29,174 bases of DNA from a virus (lineage: Duplodnaviria > Caudoviricetes), in the IMG/VR virus record IMGVR_UViG_3300011334_000363, positions 1 through 29,174 of that record. One strand, given 5' to 3'. Positions 23,621-29,174 of the stretch are shown here, one piece after another (position 1 is the stretch's first letter; each line of letters opens with the position of its first letter). The translations under genes and the position numbers were made by a program. The notes under the pieces were generated by a model that saw only the letters and a list, made by a program, of their open reading frames with translations, was not told the origin of the DNA and did no database searches.

Positions 23621-25060
23621 ATGTTTGGATTAGCATCTTTTGCAGGAGTTCCATTAGCTTCATTATCTGGGGCAACAATATTTACGGTTTCTATTATTGA
23701 AACAGGTAATGCACAATCAACACAATCTGAAAATACTACTGCTGCAAGAGCAATAACTGAATCTGCAAGTGCTACAAATGTAGTATCTGAAACGTTATCA
23801 GCGCCCGTAATTATTGCTGAAACTAGTATAGCTATAGCTACACAATCAAACACCATGTCGGCAACTGTTTCAATATCAGAAACAGGTAATGCAGTCGATA
23901 TTGTATCTGAAAACATGAGTGCTACAGCTTCAATTACAGAAGCTGGAAATGCTACAAATACACAATCAAATACAATGTCTGCTGGCGTTTCTATAATAGA
24001 AAACGCAAATGGCGTAGACACAGTTTCAGAATCAATGATGGCTACCATTGCAATAAGTGAATCTGGTTTAGCTACAGATGTACAGTCTGAAAGTATGAGG
24101 GCTACAGCATCTATTTCAGAAACAACAACATCTACAGATATTATATCTGAAACTATGTATGCAGGAGTTTTAATTACAGAAACTGGCACAGCTACAAATA
24201 CACAATCAAATACAATGTCAGCACCTGTTTCTATATTAGAATCGGCATCTGCTGTAGATGTACAATCTGAAAACATGACAGCATCTATTTCTATTATAGA
24301 AACAGGTGTAGCAATTGATGTTGTTTCAGAAGCAATGACTGCTCAAGGATCAATTACAGAAGCTGGAAGTGCCACAGCAACACAATCTGAAAATACTATT
24401 GATAGTGTGAATATTGCTGAATCTGGAGTAGCAATTGACACTATCTCAGAAAATATGAACGCAGCAGCATCTATTGTTGAATCAGGAAATGCAGTTGCTA
24501 CACAATCTGAAAATATGACTGCTCCAGTTAATATTACTGAATCAATGTCAGCATTAGATGTTGTTTCAGAAAATATGAGATCTTCTTTATCTATCGTTGA
24601 ATTAGGTAACGCTCAAAGTACACAGTCAAACACAATGTCAGCATTAGCTGCGATTGTAGAGTCTGGATTGGCTTCTGATACTGTATCTGAAGCAATGAGG
24701 GCAGCTTTAAATATTTCAGAAGCTGGAAATGCTCAAAGTATTGTTTCACAAAACATGAGAGCATCAGTATCTGTTACTGAGTTAGCAAATGCACAGGATT
24801 TACAATCTGAATTATTAACAGCTGCCGTACAAATAAATGAAGCTGGTAATGCAATAGATGAACAATCTGAAACAACTTATGTTATCCTTCTAGTTATAGA
24901 AAATGGTAATGCTGTAGATGTTTATAATGTCAAGCCAATTTTTAGAGCTTCTGATGATGTATGGCATGTTTCTCCAAGATTGGATTACTTACATATAGCT
25001 CAAAGATTAACTGATTGGAAAATTTCTTTAAGATTAAATTATTGGCGGTTATATGAATAG
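23621..25060 (+). CDS. Acidic 20-aa tandem-repeat protein (putative filament/whisker)
   Basis: MFG...FA..P.A N-terminus, then about 21 repeats of consensus A-x-h-S-I-x-E-(S/T/A)-G-x-A-x-(D/T)-x-(V/Q)-S-E-x-M. Confidence 0.85.
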   Translation: MFGLASFAGVPLASLSGATIFTVSIIETGNAQSTQSENTTAARAITESASATNVVSETLSAPVIIAETSIAIATQSNTMSATVSISETGNAVDIVSENMSATASITEAGNATNTQSNTMSAGVSIIENANGVDTVSESMMATIAISESGLATDVQSESMRATASISETTTSTDIISETMYAGVLITETGTATNTQSNTMSAPVSILESASAVDVQSENMTASISIIETGVAIDVVSEAMTAQGSITEAGSATATQSENTIDSVNIAESGVAIDTISENMNAAASIVESGNAVATQSENMTAPVNITESMSALDVVSENMRSSLSIVELGNAQSTQSNTMSALAAIVESGLASDTVSEAMRAALNISEAGNAQSIVSQNMRASVSVTELANAQDLQSELLTAAVQINEAGNAIDEQSETTYVILLVIENGNAVDVYNVKPIFRASDDVWHVSPRLDYLHIAQRLTDWKISLRLNYWRLYE

Positions 25061-25415
25061 CTATGTGTTAGAAAAAAGAACTTCTGAGTCAATATTTTAT
25101 GATATTGATTGCACTAATATATTAGATGTACTTGAAACAATTACTTCAATTACTTCTATTCTAGCAGATCAAGTTGGATTAGTTTTTTCTGGTCAAGCTA
25201 TTAACGCTGTTCCAGTTACTTTTTCTGATGGATATTCAGCTGCTATAGGTAAGGTTATATCTGTCCAAATATCTGGTGGAGTTATCCCTACACCACAAGT
25301 TAATCAGCTTTATACTATTAGAGCATTATTTGTAACTTCTGAAGGAAATACAAGAGAAGCTACTGTTCTCCTTAATGTAACCAATGTTCCAGTTCAAGCA
25401 GGGAGGGTTATCTAA
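25053..25415 (+). CDS. Putative fibre adaptor protein
   Basis: K...E...Y.ID...L...ETI.S...V.ISGG...Y.I....VTS.G.T.E pattern of small beta-sandwich virion adaptors. Confidence 0.6.
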   Translation: MNSYVLEKRTSESIFYDIDCTNILDVLETITSITSILADQVGLVFSGQAINAVPVTFSDGYSAAIGKVISVQISGGVIPTPQVNQLYTIRALFVTSEGNTREATVLLNVTNVPVQAGRVI

Positions 25416-27001
25416 TGCCATTAAAAGAAGGATCAAGCAAAGCCATTATTCAAGAAAACATTAAGGAAATGATTGCAGCTGGTCATGATCCTAAACAAGC
25501 AATGGCAGCTGCTTATGTAAATGCTCGAAAATCTAATGTAATTGATGAAGAAGAAAATCCAGTAGTTGCTTTTGTTGTCTACACAGATGATGAAAAAATT
25601 CTTTGGGTGAGAAGAACTAAAGACAATTCATGGGGATTCCCAGGTGGACATGTAGAAGAAGGAGAGTCGCCAATTGAAGGTGCAATCCGTGAATCAAAAG
25701 AAGAAATATGTCACGTTCCTGCTTCTGGTATTAATTTAATTTATGAAGAAGGTAACATTAGTTTATTTTGCTGTAATGATGGTCGTTTTGATCCAGTATT
25801 AAATGATGAACATGATGCGTTTGTATGGGCAACTATAGATGATGCTCCAGAACCTTTATTTCATAAAATTGAAGATCAAATAGATGTTATTTCTGAATCA
25901 TCAGCAATGGACAAAAGAGAATATGACACCAATGGTTGGTATGAGATTAAAGATAATCCATTGTCAGTTGTAGGTGTTTACCCCTATATGGGGCGTTCAA
26001 TATCATCTGAGTGTATACAAGATCATCTTTATAGTGTATATAGGTCAGAATCGGAACTATCTTCACAAGACTGCATAGACTCATTTAAGCTAATACCTTG
26101 GATAGATGACCATGTAATGTTAGGAAGTGAAGATGCTGGACTTACACCATCTGAGCAAAAAGGTGTACAAGGAGTTATCGGTCAGGATGTTTATTTTGAC
26201 GGCACAACATTGAGAGGGAACATCAAGGTATTTTCGGAAGCAATGGCAAATCTTATTGCTAATGGAAAAAAAGAATTGTCGTGTGGATACCGATGCAGAT
26301 ATGAATATTCACCTGGTGTTTATAACGGGCAAGAATATCAATATGTGCAAAGGGATATACGAGGCAACCATTTAGCCTTAGTCGAAAATGGACGTATGGG
26401 GCCAGATGTAGCGGTTTTAGATCACTTAACTTTTACTATAGACTCAAAGGAGTTTCAAAAAATGGCTGAAGAAAATAAAGAAGCTGAAAAATCAAGTATG
26501 ACACTTGAAGAGGTGCATAAGTTCCTTGAAGAAGTCATGCCTAAATTGGCTAAAATTCAAGAATTAACCGGCAAACAATCTGAAGAAATGCCAGATGAAG
26601 ATGAAGAAAAAGATGACACCGTCTATGATGACGATGAAGAAAAAGAAGATGATGTAAATATGGTTAAGGATGAAGATCCTGAAGAAGAAAAGAAAGCTGA
26701 CGATAAAATGGGTATGGATGAAGCTGTAATAGCTAAACTTATTCAAAAAAATATCGCTAAAAAATCTAAACTTTATGAAAAATTGTCTGCTCAGGTTGGC
26801 GCATTTGACCATTCCGATATGGATATGGATCAATTGGCTAAATATGGCTGTAAAAAACTTGGCTTAGAAGTAGAAAAGGAATCAAGAGTACAATTCCTTG
26901 AAGCTTATTTGCTCGGTAAAGGCGCTTCCAAAACTGCTGCTATGGATATGGCAACAGCTAAAAAAGGCAATTTCGTTCAACGCTATTTAAAAGGTAAATA
27001 A
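25415..27001 (+). CDS. Nudix-fused DUF2213-type prohead protease/scaffold
   Basis: Nudix box [20 protein letters not shown]; DUF2213 motifs [31 protein letters not shown]; acidic scaffold tail. Confidence 0.9.
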   Translation: MPLKEGSSKAIIQENIKEMIAAGHDPKQAMAAAYVNARKSNVIDEEENPVVAFVVYTDDEKILWVRRTKDNSWGFPGGHVEEGESPIEGAIRESKEEICHVPASGINLIYEEGNISLFCCNDGRFDPVLNDEHDAFVWATIDDAPEPLFHKIEDQIDVISESSAMDKREYDTNGWYEIKDNPLSVVGVYPYMGRSISSECIQDHLYSVYRSESELSSQDCIDSFKLIPWIDDHVMLGSEDAGLTPSEQKGVQGVIGQDVYFDGTTLRGNIKVFSEAMANLIANGKKELSCGYRCRYEYSPGVYNGQEYQYVQRDIRGNHLALVENGRMGPDVAVLDHLTFTIDSKEFQKMAEENKEAEKSSMTLEEVHKFLEEVMPKLAKIQELTGKQSEEMPDEDEEKDDTVYDDDEEKEDDVNMVKDEDPEEEKKADDKMGMDEAVIAKLIQKNIAKKSKLYEKLSAQVGAFDHSDMDMDQLAKYGCKKLGLEVEKESRVQFLEAYLLGKGASKTAAMDMATAKKGNFVQRYLKGK

Positions 27002-27003
27002 TT

Positions 27004-27516
27004 ATGGCTGCTGCAACTTTTCAATCAACAATTAATACTAGTCTGGGTTTTGGTATCCCAGGTGAATTAATCGTCGATGGACCACAACGTGTGGATTCTT
27101 TAACTTTAGGTAGTGCCGGTGGTACTATTGGTTTAGCTTTTACTAAATCAAATAGCACTAACGTAGCTACTATGGGCGGTACTATTGTAGCTGGAACTTC
27201 TGTATTTGCTGGTATTTTGGTCAATCCAAAAGTATATGCTTTAGACGGCTATAGCAGTTCAGGTGCATTAGATCCATCTATGGCATTAGCTCCTTATTCA
27301 CAAGGTGAATTTTTAACTATGGGTACTATTGTAGTAAACATAGTTGGAGCAGCTAATATTGGCGATCTAGTTCAGTATAACAATACAACTGGTGTTCTTT
27401 CAGCTGTTGTACCTGGTGGCACTGTAACTGCTGGAAATACATTTATTCCTAATTGCGTAGTTTGGAACTATCCAACAGCCGCAACTGGTTTAACTGCAAT
27501 TCGCATCACTCAATAA
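27004..27516 (+). CDS. Capsid decoration/cement protein
   Basis: FQ..I....G..GE...DGP, FAGIL..PK; position between scaffold and major capsid genes. Confidence 0.75.
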   Translation: MAAATFQSTINTSLGFGIPGELIVDGPQRVDSLTLGSAGGTIGLAFTKSNSTNVATMGGTIVAGTSVFAGILVNPKVYALDGYSSSGALDPSMALAPYSQGEFLTMGTIVVNIVGAANIGDLVQYNNTTGVLSAVVPGGTVTAGNTFIPNCVVWNYPTAATGLTAIRITQ

Positions 27517-27533
27517 TTTAAGGATATTTCATA

Positions 27534-28637
27534 ATGAGCAAATTACTAGAACGTAGTCATTTGGCAGCACGAGATGTTGCGTCTGTACAAATGTCTGCAA
27601 GCGATGTTGCGGATTACGCAGCGCTACAAGACTTAGGTATTAATTTTCCAGCTAAAGCCGTTAATAAAATGGCTGCTTTTGCAATGGATGATCAGCAAGG
27701 TGATGTTACATCACCATCTATGACAACTCCTGTTCAGTTTTTACAAAACTGGTTACCTGGCTTTGTTAAAGTAATTACTGCTGCTCGTAAAATTGACGAG
27801 TTGGTTGGTATTACTACAAGCGGTTCTTGGGAAGATGAAGAAATCGTACAAGGATTATTAGAGCCAATTGGTAACGCTGTTCCTTATGGCGATTACACAA
27901 ATGTTCCTTTGGCTTCTTGGAATACTAACTTCATCAGAAGAAGTATTGTACGTTTTGAAAAAGGTATCAAAGTTGGCATGTTAGAAGAAGCAAGAGCTGC
28001 TCGTATCAGAGTATCTACTGCTGCTGAAAAACGTAGTTCTGCTGCTTTGGCTTTAGAAATTCAACGTAACTTGATTGGTTTCTACGGTTTCAACAGTGGT
28101 AACAACTTAACTTATGGTTTCTTGAACGATCCAGCATTGCCATCATACGTTACTGTTGCTGCATCTGGTACTGGTTCAACTACTACTTGGTCAACTAAAT
28201 CATTTTTAAATATCGTTGCTGATATTCGAACTGCAGCTGCTAAATTGCAAACTCAATCACAAGATACTATTAATCCTGAAGATGTTGAGTTGACTTTAGC
28301 ATTGCCAACAGCTTGTTACCAATATTTATCAGTTGTTTCTGATTTTGGTATTTCTGTTCGTAAATGGATTGAAGATACTTACCCAAAAATGCGTGTTGTT
28401 TCAGCTCCACAGTTGAACGCTGCTAACGGTGGTGCAAACGTATTCTATCTATATGCTGAACATGTAGAAGATGGCGCAAGTGATGACAGCCGTACTTGGG
28501 TGCAAGTTGTTCCTGCTAAGTTCCAAGCATTAGGTGTTGAAAGACAAGCTAAGGCGTATATTGAAGATTACACTAATGCTACTGCTGGTGTAATGTTAAA
28601 ACGTCCATATGCAGTTGTTAGATACTCAGGCATCTAA
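27534..28637 (+). CDS. Major capsid protein (DUF2184-type)
   Basis: YGD, N.IGFYG......YG.LNDP, AG...KRP.A.....GI C-terminus; AAGGA RBS; followed by a hairpin. Confidence 0.9.
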   Translation: MSKLLERSHLAARDVASVQMSASDVADYAALQDLGINFPAKAVNKMAAFAMDDQQGDVTSPSMTTPVQFLQNWLPGFVKVITAARKIDELVGITTSGSWEDEEIVQGLLEPIGNAVPYGDYTNVPLASWNTNFIRRSIVRFEKGIKVGMLEEARAARIRVSTAAEKRSSAALALEIQRNLIGFYGFNSGNNLTYGFLNDPALPSYVTVAASGTGSTTTWSTKSFLNIVADIRTAAAKLQTQSQDTINPEDVELTLALPTACYQYLSVVSDFGISVRKWIEDTYPKMRVVSAPQLNAANGGANVFYLYAEHVEDGASDDSRTWVQVVPAKFQALGVERQAKAYIEDYTNATAGVMLKRPYAVVRYSGI

Positions 28638-28655
28638 AATTAAGTATAATAGATT

Positions 28656-28684
28656 GCGTGGTTAAAATGCCACGCTTTCTATTT
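28656..28684 (+). terminator. Probable terminator after the major capsid gene
   Basis: GCGTGG-ttaaaatg-CCACGC-TTTCTATTT. Confidence 0.6.
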
Positions 28685-28702
28685 ATCTATTAAGGACTAA
28701 AA

Positions 28703-29068
28703 ATGGCTAAAAATTACGTTTATTCAACACTTGCAAACGATCAAAGTTATACTAACTGGATACCTGGTGGCGGTAACATGCCAGTAGAATCACATTCAGT
28801 TTTTATTAAAGGTGGAACTGGTGTTGCTAATGATAGATTGATTACTCCATTAGGTGTTATGACTGAAGTTACAGATCATGATATTGATGAATTAAGAAAA
28901 AACCCTGTGTTTGTTCAACACGAAAAAGACGGTTTTGTTAGTATTAGCATTAAAAAAGCAGATACTGAAAAAGTTGCGTCTAGTATGAATTTAAAAGATG
29001 AATCAGCTCCAATGACTGATTCTGATTATGCTTCTGAAGAAGAAGCACCAAAGGTATCTAAAAGATAA
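28703..29068 (+). CDS. Conserved virion-module protein downstream of the capsid gene
   Basis: YVYSTL...V.IKGG.GVA.....TP.GV.T.V...L..N.VF..H...GF. Confidence 0.8.
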   Translation: MAKNYVYSTLANDQSYTNWIPGGGNMPVESHSVFIKGGTGVANDRLITPLGVMTEVTDHDIDELRKNPVFVQHEKDGFVSISIKKADTEKVASSMNLKDESAPMTDSDYASEEEAPKVSKR

Positions 29069-29174
29069 TGGCTTCCACTACTCCAGTTTATGATGATGTG
29101 AATTTTCGTAACCAGTTCCCAGCTTTTGAGAACACTACGCTATTTCCTCCTGCACAACTGGAAGGCTGGTGGGA
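29068..29174 (+). CDS. Head-tail connector (DUF4054-like), truncated by the window
   Basis: MASTTPVYDDVNFRNQFPAF...; TAATG overlap. Confidence 0.65.
   Translation, partial: MASTTPVYDDVNFRNQFPAFENTTLFPPAQLEGWW

Noticed and set aside
23533-24276. 247-aa antisense ORF over the repeat protein
   Set aside because: It only mirrors the 20-aa repeat, has no recognisable domain or expression signals, and covers only part of the repeat array. It is a shadow ORF, unlike the intein-nested one.
15087-27224. Short minus-strand or alternate-frame ORFs within the terminase, portal, fibre and capsid-module genes
   Set aside because: Shadow frames of well-supported plus-strand genes without independent evidence.

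Overview
An AT-rich segment of a tailed dsDNA phage genome (Caudoviricetes). Sigma70-type promoters and IHF-consensus sites suggest a proteobacterial host. Left arm (minus strand, 1-7316): small accessory genes plus a replication module of SNF2 helicase, VRR-NUC nuclease, B-family DNA polymerase, DUF2815-type SSB and DUF2800/Cas4-like nuclease. Divergent from it (plus strand): a Cro-like HTH protein, a primase-helicase, a repeat- and IHF-rich candidate origin, micro-ORFs, an HNH endonuclease with a structured leader and a KGG-like protein. A minus-strand cassette (GP88-like, RHH-like) lies in repeat-rich noncoding DNA at about 12.5-15.0 kb. The head operon follows: terminases, DUF1073 portal, MuF, an inserted fibre/repeat-protein cassette, a Nudix-fused DUF2213 protease/scaffold, a decoration protein and a DUF2184-type major capsid protein. 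Most striking: the 325-aa intein in MuF (19232-20206) has no in-frame endonuclease. Its antisense strand instead encodes a complete tandem-HTH plus DUF559/Vsr-like PD-(D/E)xK endonuclease, with a candidate promoter and RBS written into the intein's C-terminal splicing motifs. All family assignments come from reading motifs by eye; no database searches were run.
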